Below are positions 1-11,839 of a stretch of 60,805 nt of DNA, piece by piece. The stretch lies in contig NC_087247.1 of the NCBI RefSeq assembly GCF_037042905.1, positions 4,653,196 to 4,714,000 of the forward strand. The letters are read 5' to 3'. Every line of letters starts with the position of its first letter. Position 1 is the stretch's first letter. The DNA comes from Lytechinus pictus (lineage: Eukaryota). The translations under genes and the position numbers were made by a program. The notes below the pieces were generated by a model. It did no database searches and had not been told where the DNA came from. It saw only the letters and a list, made by a program, of their open reading frames with translations.

Positions 1-483
1 GTCAGTTTTTATGGTTATTTATACACTTTTTCAATATCAATTCTCATGTTTTTCGTATGTCTTACACCCGGATTTTACATCACTTCTTTTACATCATAAC
101 CTGGATAAAGAATACTAGTAACAAAAATTAAGTGAGATTCTAAAGGGTTTTTAATTAAACATTGCACATCCCATGCGCTTGCGGGGAGGAGTAAATTTTA
201 AAAGAAAATGCCATGTGCTGACAAAAACATAAACATGAACATATTATTTTATTTCATGCTGGAAATTTGTTCGTTCTCCGTCCATTTGTTTCATACACAT
301 TCTGAAAGGAACAGTTTCGTTCAATAACAATAAACATAATAAAATTCCGACCCCCCCCCCCCAAAAAAAAAAATAGTAGGTGGTTATCATGACTATATAC
401 GACAATTAATACTACCGTTATCTTGATTATCATGATCATCTTTTACAACCTCCTTATCATCATTAGCATTATAATTGCCATGT

Positions 484-2075
484 CAGTGGCGTAACTACGG
501 GGGGCACATGCCCCTCCCCCAATCGGCTCCCCCCCAAAAAAAACCAAAAAAAAAACAAAACAAAAAAAACGAGAGAAAAGGAGAAAAAAGAGGGAGAAAG
601 GAAAAGAAACGTAGCGGGGAAAGAAGAAATTATTAGATATTATTATATTATGTTATATCATGTTATATATATATTATACTATATTACATCATTTTTTTTT
701 CATAACTGTAGTATTGCTTAGGACTTATTGTTCGCATTGTCTGTTCAATGAGATATATAATCCCGTTGTACTACAAAACATCCCGTCAATATACATCAAA
801 TATATATCCTCACATTTCGAGTTATTGATTTATATCCTGACATATGCTTCATGTTCATGACTACTAAAAGTGATTGCCCCTTTTAAGGTCTGAATAAATA
901 AAAAAAATCTAGTCCGCTTACGTTCGCATCAGTGGATTGGTGAGATATGTCTGAATTTCAAAAATTTTCAGCTCGCGCTTCGCGCTCGCAAAGTTTGATT
1001 AAAGAGATACATACCATGTTCATGATTACAATGACTTCAAAAAGTGCTTCATGTGTTTCGTTGTAATTCTAACAAAATCAGCTATATTGTGAGATTATAA
1101 GATATGTATACTCTTCATGAATTCCTAAAAGAAATAGTCCTTAAAAAATCTGTTTGGGGTCAATTATATACAAAAATGTCAGCTCGCGCTTACCGCTGGC
1201 ATCGTCTGTTTAGTGAGACAGGTATGTATCACGATTACAAAACTTTGCTTGTAATATTCCATTTTTAGGTCTGAATATAAAAAAAAAATCAGCTCGCGCT
1301 TCGCGCTCGCATTGTTAGATACATATCCGTTTAATGGCACAGTCCTTAAAGGGGAATCCAACCGAAATAAAAACTTGTTTTTATAAGGAAAAGAAAAATC
1401 AGACAAGTTGATAGGTGAAAGTTTGAACAATATTGGACAAACAACAAGAAAGTTATGAATTTTTAAAAGTTGTAAATATTGGTAATCACTATACCCATGG
1501 AGACTTCAAATTGGCCGCATATGGGATGTCATAGTGATGTAAGGCAAGGACTACTCTTCCATGCATGTACTCCAATACACATTATGGTTAAAATGTCATT
1601 TTTCCCAAAAGTTTTATTTCAAATTATGTTTTTCTTTCATGAGGACATAAAACAATATACTACCTGGGTTATATTTAGATTACTGCCCCAGGGGAATGGG
1701 TACTTAGGAGAAAACCACAAATCCCTGATAATAAAGTACATGGCCTATGGGAAAGTTGTCCTTGCCCCTTGTCATAATTTACTTACCCAGTTGCCAATTT
1801 GAAATCTACATAGTATTAGTAATCTCAATTTTAAAGCAGCTATAACTTTCTTATTGCTTGTCCGATTTCTTTCAGACTTTCACCATTCAGTTAAATTTAT
1901 TTTTCTTCTTCCCAACACAACATTTTATGGTCAAGGCTGGATTCCCCTTTAATTATGTCTCTATTAGGTCAGCATACCTGGCAATTGAGCGGGATGATAA
2001 CAAAGACCATACCTACGTGAAATGTGGAGGGATATATTCCCTCGATCACCCCCCCCCCCCCCCGGCCCCCCGGTG
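484..2075. repeat. Dispersed repeat / degenerate non-autonomous element starting CAGTGGCGTA, with internal CAGCTCGCGCTTCGCGCTCGCA repeats
   Basis: CAGTGGCGTA+G-run terminus resembles that at 47980. The motif cagctcgcgct(tcgcgctcgca) recurs at ~969, ~1180 and ~1290. The right boundary is uncertain and the element is interrupted by the TTAA element at 1350-1948. Confidence 0.45.
1350..1948. mobile_element. Non-autonomous TIR element (MITE) with TTAA target duplication, Kolobok-like termini
   Basis: TTAA(1346-1349)-AGGGGAATCCA...TGGATTCCCCT-TTAA(1949-1952); longer imperfect subterminal inverted repeats; no coding capacity. Confidence 0.8.
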
Positions 2076-5000
2076 ACCGACACACATGATCACCACATAC
2101 AATAGTATTTGCAGTAAACTAATATTTATCAGAAATATTTCAAAAGACTTTTTTCTAAATATCAATCATTTTTAACTGAATACGTCATCATTATTTCACT
2201 TTTTCTTCTGATGAAGGTGATAATCAGAAAATTTACGTAGCTCAGCTACGGCATGTGTATAAAGCATACAAGATGATAGTAGGTATATCCTTTAACTGAA
2301 TTTGAATGAGGCCTTTTCCAGAGTAACCAAAGGCAATGTTTCCATGCACTTCGGACGCCTCAAATCGGATTATAATGCGGTTTTTTTATGATTACAGTAA
2401 TTTAATTACAATTATTGCCTATCATAGCAGGTTTATATAATTTGTGACTTTGTGAGTGATGCAAAATTAATGATATGCAAAATGCTTGTGGGAAAATAGT
2501 GCGAATGGTATCGATTTTACTATAATAGACCACCTAATACATATCCAACCATTTTATGATCAGAAACCTAAATCACTGTATACTGGGCAGTGGTATAGGC
2601 CTTGATTGTTTAGAAAAGGCGGCCCCGATCAAAGGTATTACTCACCGGGCAGTCAATTTCTTATTGTTTTCAGATTTGGTGATTTGCGGAATTTTTATGA
2701 CAGTCTGTAATGTTGTTACATCTCAATTTGAACATTAAAAAGAGCGATTAGGTTACTTTGATGTGGATAGCCGGCAATGCTGCTATTTTCGGCGTGATCG
2801 TTCAATCTGCAATTAAATACTCCATGGTTGAAAATAAATAGGCTAATTTCTTCTACTGCATGTCACCCTATATGTTTTTACTTCATCAGTTTTCGTGTGA
2901 AGTTACAAAAATCCATGGTGGTTTAATGAACTTGAATGCTGTCATCATGGCTGGCTGTCATCACATATTACTATTTTGAAACCAACAATATTTTTAAAGC
3001 AGGAAAATAAAAGAATCAATCAAGTTTTTTTATGATTGAAAAATATATATCATGCACTTTTCATATTGAATTTCAACAATCGAAGTCGTACAGGCTCTAA
3101 TAGATCCATGATATTACATAATTGGAACATTTTTTTCACATTAGGTCCTACTGATTATTTTTATATTTTACAAATTGGATTAATTAATTTATAGAAATAA
3201 AAATATATAATATATACATCATATATTTTCTTTTTTCTTTTATTTTGTTTCTATTTTAGTTTATTTTATTTTATTTTCATGTGTTTTCAATTAATTCATT
3301 CGTTTAGCATCCAGGGAATTATTTTTAATATGTTTGATTTTTTTCTTTCCCTTTTATTCTTCATTATACTTATTTCATGTATTTGTTTGTTTGTTTATTT
3401 TTCTTTCTATCTGAGGGGGATCGCTTTGCTTTCTACTTTTTTTTGGGGGGGTGGGTGTCTTCCTTTTCTTTCTTTCTTTTAATTGTTGTTTGTAAATTAT
3501 GTTAAATGCAAAATGCGAATAGAGCTGAAGTTTTGGGGAATGGGGATGAAGACCCGCCTTGGTAAAGTTAACATTTTCTGCTCTGCACCTACATGACCTA
3601 TATCGCATCTAAAACTCTTATCCAGGTGTTATCATACTAGTAATCATTTAATCATTTCTGTACTTTCAATTTGATTTTACATGCATTATTATTATTTTTT
3701 GTATTATTATTATTATTATTTATTTGGCCATAAAAAACATACAAAAATTGTACAATGTAATTACATAAAATGTGTATTACATGTCTTTGTTTTTAAATGC
3801 CGAATACGAAAAGTGATAACAATACAATAAGTCAAAATCGGTTATCAGAGCCTCGTATCTGAAGAGGAAAACGGTTTAAAATGTATATTTCTTTAATACA
3901 ATCACATACTTATAACCAGTTGTTTTTTCGCTTTTATTCTTGCATAAGTACGTTGCTTGATATTGTTTGTTGTTTACATTAAGCCATGTTATCGAATCCA
4001 CATAAAACATTCAAGTTATGTTCAAACGAATTCTTGGTAATGTCATTTCGAGGAAAGAAACAAAGAAACTCCTTAGACGGTAGTCACACATTTTCTTTAT
4101 CCTTCCTCTCTATTCCGAAATCATATAAAAGGGATGTCCATTAAATTAAATTAGAGGGTCATTGCCGGTATTAATTAATAAGAACACAAATACACATGCA
4201 GGGGGCAGGAAGTTCAGATTTAATCCAGTTTTAACTAGCAATCATTCATGTCGGTCAGGGGTGGGAGGGGATGGTGGGGAGGGGGCTTATAAATCGCGCA
4301 ACGAGTCGTTTTAACAGTATATTACACATAAATAATGGGTGGGGGTATAATTATCTAAAACATGTAAAAGGGGAATTCACCTCAACGAAAACATGGGCAA
4401 GAAACTATCAAACAATCTTTAGTGTAAAAAGCATGAGTGTGATGGTATTCGGCATGAATGTATATGACTGAAAATTATTAGATTTCTTACCAAAAGGCTT
4501 CCGTCATGAGTATGGTCCTGCATTCTCTATTGTTTGGACAAAATAATATAATCCATATATGAATATGTTGATTACAGTAATTCATACAAATACATAATTA
4601 TATTAAAAATAGTATTATACACAGAGAAGAAATGTAAAAAGGGAATAAACTCTATCTATAGTATATTTCAGACATGTCAGAAGGCATTGTTTTATCAGAG
4701 GGGTACACTTACCATCCCATATTATTGAGGGAATCGGTCAATTAGATATGACTGGAAAAGATTTAAAAACAAAACAAAAACAGGCGTAATATAGAAAAAT
4801 AGAAATGAAGAGATAGAGAGGAAAAATAAATAAACAACAAAGAATACAAATTTGCTTACACTTTTTGAATCAATCATTAATATTGCGAATTGATGATGTA
4901 TATTTTATTAATCGCGTTATTTTGAAACACGGATTTTATCATCACAGTCTTTTTATTCCTCATGATTTAAACGCAAATAATTTAGTTTAAATAATACATA

Positions 5001-5587
5001 TAAAATCTGCGACAAAAACGGTAGGACCTATTGTCATTTGCATAATATAGGCCCTAGCGAAACGATTGTCGGCAGCGTATATAAGCTAAATATTTGAGGG
5101 GACCAGACGCAAAGCTGCGAGAAAGCAAAGCATTCGAGCAAAATTCTTGACATTTTTAATACAAAAAAATTATTTTTCCACAAATTTTTGACATATTCCA
5201 ATTATATTATACTTCGCCCCTTTTCCTTTTCTTTTCTTTTCCTCTTTAAAAAAAATCTTGATCGTGATTTTTTTTGGGGGGAGGGGGATATGCCCCAAAG
5301 CCGTCCAAATCTGCACGCCAGTGACGAAAAATGTAGCTGAAAAAAGGCGGAAGTAGATTATTAATGATTTCGTTTTGTTAAAAATGTGAGATAATCGCAT
5401 ATTCCCCATCCCTTCAGCTTCCTGCATCAATTAACAGTGTGTAAGTGACGTCATTTTCGAGATAGTTTGTTTAATTACTTACCCGCCAACTACATTTCAA
5501 CCAACGTACCGATTTTTTTTTTCTTTAAAACGATGGAAGATTCAGTTTGAAGGTGTCCTGAAGAGAATTTTCAAACCTCTTTAAATA

Positions 5588-5794
5588 TTCAAAGATTTGT
5601 TTATTAATCAAAGGAGACATAAACTTGATCTCTTTAATCAATGATCAAACAGCGTTAACTAGATTTATGGCCGATATATACCGGCAGTTTTGTGCCGATA
5701 TCATTTTCAGTTTTGTCTCAATAAACGTGGATCAAAGTAGCCGATAATTGGGGATTACAAGGTAATTAGAGAAGTTATCAGCAGTTCGTGGGAA
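5588..5794. promoter_or_regulatory. Candidate cis-regulatory module of the homeobox gene (Tcf, Otx, Su(H) consensus sites)
   Basis: TTCAAAG 5588-5594, ATCAAAG 5607-5613 and 5731-5737, GGATTA 5752-5757, CGTGGGAA 5787-5794. Motif matches only. Confidence 0.45.
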
Positions 5795-6888
5795 CGGGCT
5801 GGATATTATGCATTATGTGTGAATCACTCTGAATCTGAGTAGGTCAACATTTTTATAGGGGTAGTTGGAATTCTTTTACATAATACAAGCCCGGAAGCCC
5901 CAAACACATGCATGCACCGAACATTTCTGAGAATATAATTTGAAGTCCACACCATTCTTTCAAATTTAATACATTATTCAAAGAATTTTGATACAGAGAC
6001 TTTTTTAACTATTAACATTTTAAGAATTATTGTGATTTTGAATATCATATTAATAACTTAACGAAATTATCAATAATGATATTTGCCTTGTGAGGTCAAC
6101 CTACCTTATGTGTGCTTATTTTCATCAATAGAAAGTTTATGCCTAACCAATATGTGAATTAAAGTACTAAGATTATATTATGCATATTGATGAAGTCCAA
6201 TTTCCATTCAATGAATATTATTTCAATTATTCATTCATATGGCGGCGCTAACTGTCCGAGATTTACTATACAAGCTGAGACATTCAGGTTCATGGGAAAA
6301 AAAACCGTACGAAGTGTGAATCACCGTTCAGTTTATTGTTACCAAGAAAATAATAGACCCAGTATATATAAACAAGAACAAAGGATGCGCGTGTCACCTA
6401 AACACTCTATCGGGTCTTTTATGTACCCCGGTCACTGAATAGCTCCTCTGCGTTTAACAGGTATAATCATTAACTGCGTCATAACTGTTCGTTTGTTCTG
6501 ATGGTCAAGTTTCTGGGGAAAACAAAGAAAGTCAAGAGGATGATCCAATTAAATCTCCACCAGGAGCGGCGACCGACAAAGTGGTATCAAAGAGGACCGC
6601 CACTTGTCTTTCTTTGAGTTGTGGTCTGGTCGTTGAAGAGGGATGTGGTATATGGGGCTTGGGGTGGACCTGGTTCCTTCATAATCTTCCAAGACTTGGT
6701 CATAGAAGGTGTAAGTCCATAGTGCAGGAACTTGTATCAGGGCAACGTCACCGCACCCTCTTGAGTGATCAACACCAACAGCAGTATACTACCTTGGAAT
6801 ACGACAGAGTTCAGAAAGCGATTTATAATAAAAACTCACTTTTCAATATTTCGTTTGTTCTGCTTATAAAGAGCGAGCTGGTATCAGA

Positions 6889-9047
6889 ATGTTCCCAGTT
6901 TGTGATGACGATGCGGCACGGTGTGTCCCGGCCGCTGAGTTCTTTGGAGATGTGATGAAACTTAGCAGAGACGTTACAGGTAAGCTGTACAGTTCCAGAC
7001 ATTCCGTAAATGATAAATCTTTGATTTCTTTCTCTTTTCAACTTTATTTTGTTATCTCCCCCCTTCTAACTCCTTCAAAATTCATCATATTAAAAGTTCT
7101 TTTAAGTTTGTTCATAATATTATATATGCATTCCTTCATTTTCTTCATGATATTAAATATACAAAATTGATTAAATTCATTTTGTGCGGATGGCATTTCA
7201 ATTGCAAATTCGTATTTTTCATTTCCATGAAGAAAAGATACTTAGCCATTCATGGTTCATACATCGTATAGTTGCATTACTGAAACAATATATAGATTAG
7301 TTTATGAACATAAACAATTTCCACAAACATTAGCAGATCATTAGCAGATGATACTGTCATGACTGTGAAAGAATATAATTGAATTGTTTCCCAATTAACT
7401 AGTATGAAATAGTGACTTTTCAAAACATCTTATCTTTATACAAGAAAGACGATATCTTCATTTTCCGAATCGATTCATGAATAACGATTGTTGATGTTGA
7501 TCAGAACAAGTTCAAATAGTTTAATAAGTTATTCCTTATTGAAATAAAATTAGCCTGTTCAATCTTAGGAACGTAATATTACTTAACTTATAATAGGCCA
7601 AACGCCTTCCGTGTGCACGCAAGGCGAATATACTAAAGTAATCTTTTTTCAAAACAATGAATTTCTGCAGGGCGTTTACCCAACTACCATCCCCCCGACT
7701 CAACCAGTACAACCTCGCACACGGCGTCGCATCACCACCACCACCATCACTGCGACGCGGCCAGTGACCACGTGACTTCTCCCCACCACGGAGCAGGCGC
7801 CACGAACGAGGAAGAAATGAACGCACTGAGGCACAGGCGGCGCCGCAGTCGTACCATATACACACGGCTGCAGCTAGAGAGCCTGGAGCAGGTTTTCAGG
7901 AAGAATAAATACCCAGATATAAACTCAAGAGAAGCGCTAGCTGATGCCATCGATCTCACCGAAGCCAGAGTTCAGGTAATTATAAGATTTATTTTTATAT
8001 GTCATGATTAATAATCCCTTCTATCTTTCAATTCCATCTACTCGAAAGTGGTGAATTTCATATCCTTTCGAATTTCTTATATTATTTTGTCATATATCAT
8101 AAACTGACAGTATATTTGTATAAAAAAAAATAGAACAAGCTTAAAGCTATATTACTTGTGATAGCTATTCTTTAAGGAAAGTCTTAAACTTTAACCCCAA
8201 GACTTATTATTATTATTTACAGTCACAGTATTTTCTTTCAGTCTCAAAATATCTGTATGAATTACATACTAGCAGTTCATTGTCCGTAAGAAATTGTTTA
8301 CTGCATTTGATTATTATGGATATCCATTTTTTCTACCATCAATGAATAATATTTCCGTTATTACAAAATTACTTTCTTCTAACCAAGCCTTTACTTAATT
8401 CTATCTCGTTACAGGTATGGTTCCAAAATCGTCGGGCACGGGAAAGACGGCAAGAACGTTCAGGGAAGAGCTCTCCGGATAGTCGTCAAAGTCCGACCTA
8501 CCGACAACAAGCATCTGACTTCAGGAGCGACAGCCAATATTACCACGAGATCATCGGCGAAGCCGCTGGTCGTTTGATGAACAAGACCGATGGCAGTCAA
8601 AGAATCAAGCAAGAACTCGATTGGAGCTCTGGCGTAAAAACGTCGAAGGTTTCCCCTCTTATGTCCATTGAGTTTTTATCAAAGAGTAGCCGCGATGAAG
8701 CTGATTCCTCCGCAAAGACTACCCAGTCTCTCCATCAAGGTTATAAATACAACCACAAACAGAAACACCAACTGAAACAACTCTCTTCTTTTCAATCATC
8801 ACCGGATCTCTACGCCAGGTCCACTCTTCATGCCAACGTCAAAGACATTTCTGCTTCAGGACACAGCCCGATGGCACGACATCATTCCCCGTCTCTACAT
8901 GTTGACGTTGCGGACGTCGACGGTGACTACCAGAAACTGTCATCACACCCTTATTACCCGACCACCGAGACTTCGCTGAAGTATGCTTACTATCTTGGAG
9001 TTCCTCTTGTATCTTTCCAACCGATGAATTGCAAAGACGCCCACTAA
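6889..9047 (+). CDS. phb1: PRD-class Q50 homeodomain transcriptional repressor, Pmar1/Micro1/Phb family (probably Phb1), ~342 aa, 3 exons
   Basis: Exons 6889-6979 (alternative start ATG 6955), 7671-7975 and 8415-9047, all GT-AG and in frame. Homeodomain [46 protein letters not shown]|[14 protein letters not shown], with the PRD-class intron between residues 46 and 47. His7 tract; eh1-like motif [12 protein letters not shown]. The homeobox call is firm; the symbol is from recall of the family and is less certain (~0.6). Confidence 0.88.
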
Positions 9048-9354
9048 TTGTAAACTGCACTGGGAACCGGTAGAAGAAATGGACTTAGTGTCGATGATAG
9101 AGGCAAATTTTCCAGTTCAACTCTATACAAAGACTGGCATCAGCATGCACCTTGATACCTTTAGATTTGATATTATATACAATTTTGTCAACCTTAAAAT
9201 TTATACGAATTATAACTATTTCAGCTTTAATTATGCTTTGTCATATACATCAAAATAATTGGGGAGGAAATAAACATAAACCATCAAGACATTATGCTAA
9301 ATTACTAATGTTCCATAATTTGTTCACCTAATAAATTTTGGGTCTTTCTGTTGA

Positions 9355-9589
9355 AGGTCAAGTCCACCCCAATAAAATTCGGTTTTACATGAATAAAAAG
9401 AGAAAAATCGAAAAATAAGCTTGACGCTCTAAAATCTAAATCTGAAAGCCAAAAATAATGACATTTAATTTTTTTTCATTTTCCTAAAACAAGTATCTGG
9501 ACACCCTGTTCAGTATGACATCACCATCACTATATCTTTTGTATTTTATTGTATGCTTTTAAAAAATTTATTTGGGGTGGAATTGACCT
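9355..9589. mobile_element. Internally deleted Kolobok-like MITE
   Basis: AGGTCAAGTCCACCCC...GGGGTGGAATTGACCT inverted termini flanked by TTGA/TTAA. Confidence 0.7.
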
Positions 9590-10829
9590 TTAAGGAAAAA
9601 ACACAATTAACTATATGACAATAACACTGCATGTGTTGATAATTTCGCTTTTAGAAACATCTGTTTTAGCGCCTTACAAAATTATCATTATAAATGGTAT
9701 GAAAACGAAAATCAGACCCAGTTTTGATTTGATTGATTTTCCATCATAATTTTGTTTACTCAACTTGATATAGGATTTCGCCCTTGTCTATTTTATAAGG
9801 GCCTTACGGACAAGGGGTTCGTGAGGGTTGCACGATACTCCTTTAGAAGAGTAAATAGCACCCCAAAAAGGGCAAATGTCGATTTTTTTTTAGGTAATAG
9901 GCATAACTTTTTTATCTTCTCTGTGCTTAATATCATTCGTATAAGGAAGTATGTCGACCCATTCTTCCTTTATTGTTCGATTTTTTTTTGTCAATGGGAG
10001 TCCCCTCTCAAGAATGATGATAGTACGGGTTCGTACACACGGTATCTTTCATTTAAATTATTTGACGCTGCCATGCAAGCGTGACATTCTACTTGCCTTA
10101 CTTGCTCTTATTATGTTGTAAATAAGATGTGTGGTATAAAATTATTATTACCTCATAATTATCTGAAATATTTATTAAGATATTTGTCTAGTGATGAAAT
10201 TTGAATTTGTATTGTATTTCTCGATAATTTCCTTTGATCTTCAAATAAATGATGAAAATTTAGGTCTAAATCATGTTTAAGAATTTTGTCGGAGAGAATA
10301 GAGATACAGACAGAGAGGCTGTGGTGTTTGGGTGTGCTGAGAGAAAGAAGGTGGACTACAATAAAGTGAAACAAAGAGATAGAGACGTGGTGTTCTGTGT
10401 GCATGCGGAATTAGATAGAGGGAGGGGGAGAAAAAAAAATTGCAAAAATAAATTCAATTACCAGGAGAGAAGAAATCCATATGAATACAAATGAATATTA
10501 CAGAAGGGGGGGGGGGGGTTAGATCAAAGAAGAAAGTAAAGAAGGATGAATGAAAATGAAAATAATAATAATGTGGTATATACTATTGTGCCTCAGTCAA
10601 TAAATATTACATACAGATCTCCAATATTGGCACACCACACCAAAAATGTCTAGAAAAGAAACAAAAACAAATATATAAAAAGAAACAGCAAACCTATTAC
10701 AAAGCTTTTATAAATGGAATTGGAAGATGGAAAGTACAACGAATATTAACATAAAAACAAAGGCTACATTTTTAAATAGAAAACAAACTAGATCAAGAGG
10801 AGAGTAAATATGATCCCGGACATAATGGG

Positions 10830-11045
10830 AGGAGGAGGAAGAAAAAGAAGCTTAGAAGAAGAATGAGAAGAAAAAGAAGAAGAGGAAAAAAGAAGAAGAC
10901 GACGAAGAAGAAGATCGAAGAAGAGGAGGAGCGGAGGAGGAAGAAGACAGAAAGAAAGAAAAAACAAACAAAGATCGAAAGAAAGAATTAAAGAAAGAAA
11001 GAAATTAAGAAAGAATTAAAGAAAGAAAGATAGATAGAAAAAACT
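10830..11045. repeat. Purine-rich (GAA/GGA/GAAA)n simple repeat
   Basis: Direct inspection. Confidence 0.8.
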
Positions 11046-11484
11046 ATAGAAACAAAAATTGATATACATGTATATTATAATGTGCCAAAATGTGCCAACA
11101 AAATACGAGGCCGAGAAATGCTTGGAAATCGGTAGGGTACGGTACTGCCTTATTATTCCACACTCTCCCCTCTCTCTGCTCTCCTCTTGCCTTTCTGCCC
11201 CCCCCCCCACACATTTTAATGGGGGCAAGCGCGGGGTGCCTTGTAGGAATTTTCTTTCTATATTTTTTTACTTTCTTTCTTTTTTTGCAATGGTGCACTA
11301 TTTGTATAATTGCTGTTTATAATTTTTTATGTCGATATTTCACTCATGTATTCTTTGAGATGTTGTCATGAAATGTGTGTACGTATGTAAATCTCGAAAA
11401 AAAATCTTTATGGACTTGAATAAAAAAAATAAAATATATATATTCAACAAGGGTATTCTGATTTGTATATTATGAACTTTGTAT

Positions 11485-11629
11485 CAGGGGCCGCGGAACC
11501 GGGGGGGGGGCTTCAGCCCCCCACTTTTTTCCAAAACTGTGTACAAAAACGTAAAATTTACCATATGATTGTGATTTTTAGCATGGTCAACCCCCCCCCC
11601 ACACTTTGAAAACCGTTCCGCGGCCCCTG
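11485..11629. mobile_element. Short MITE with CAGGGGCCGCGGAAC terminal inverted repeats
   Basis: CAGGGGCCGCGGAAC...GTTCCGCGGCCCCTG; a diverged copy lies in opposite orientation at ~48742-48910. Confidence 0.75.
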
Positions 11630-11839
11630 TTTATTGAAGGAAACCTTCCGCAATAACAAGCTTTGCCTTTCAGAAGGTTTATATTTAATTTCATTACGTT
11701 ATATTATGATTCGCTTTAATTTGTAACTTTGTTGAAATTTTGATGTGAAAATAAATTCGTTATCAATCAATCAATTAAATTGAATTGAATTGAAATGAAA
11801 ACAAACCAACTTTGTGCATTAGAGGGCGTAATATCCAAG

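Noticed and set aside
254-6500. Numerous 60-110 aa ORFs
   Set aside because: No recognisable domains or splice-consistent structure; low-complexity or repeat-derived.
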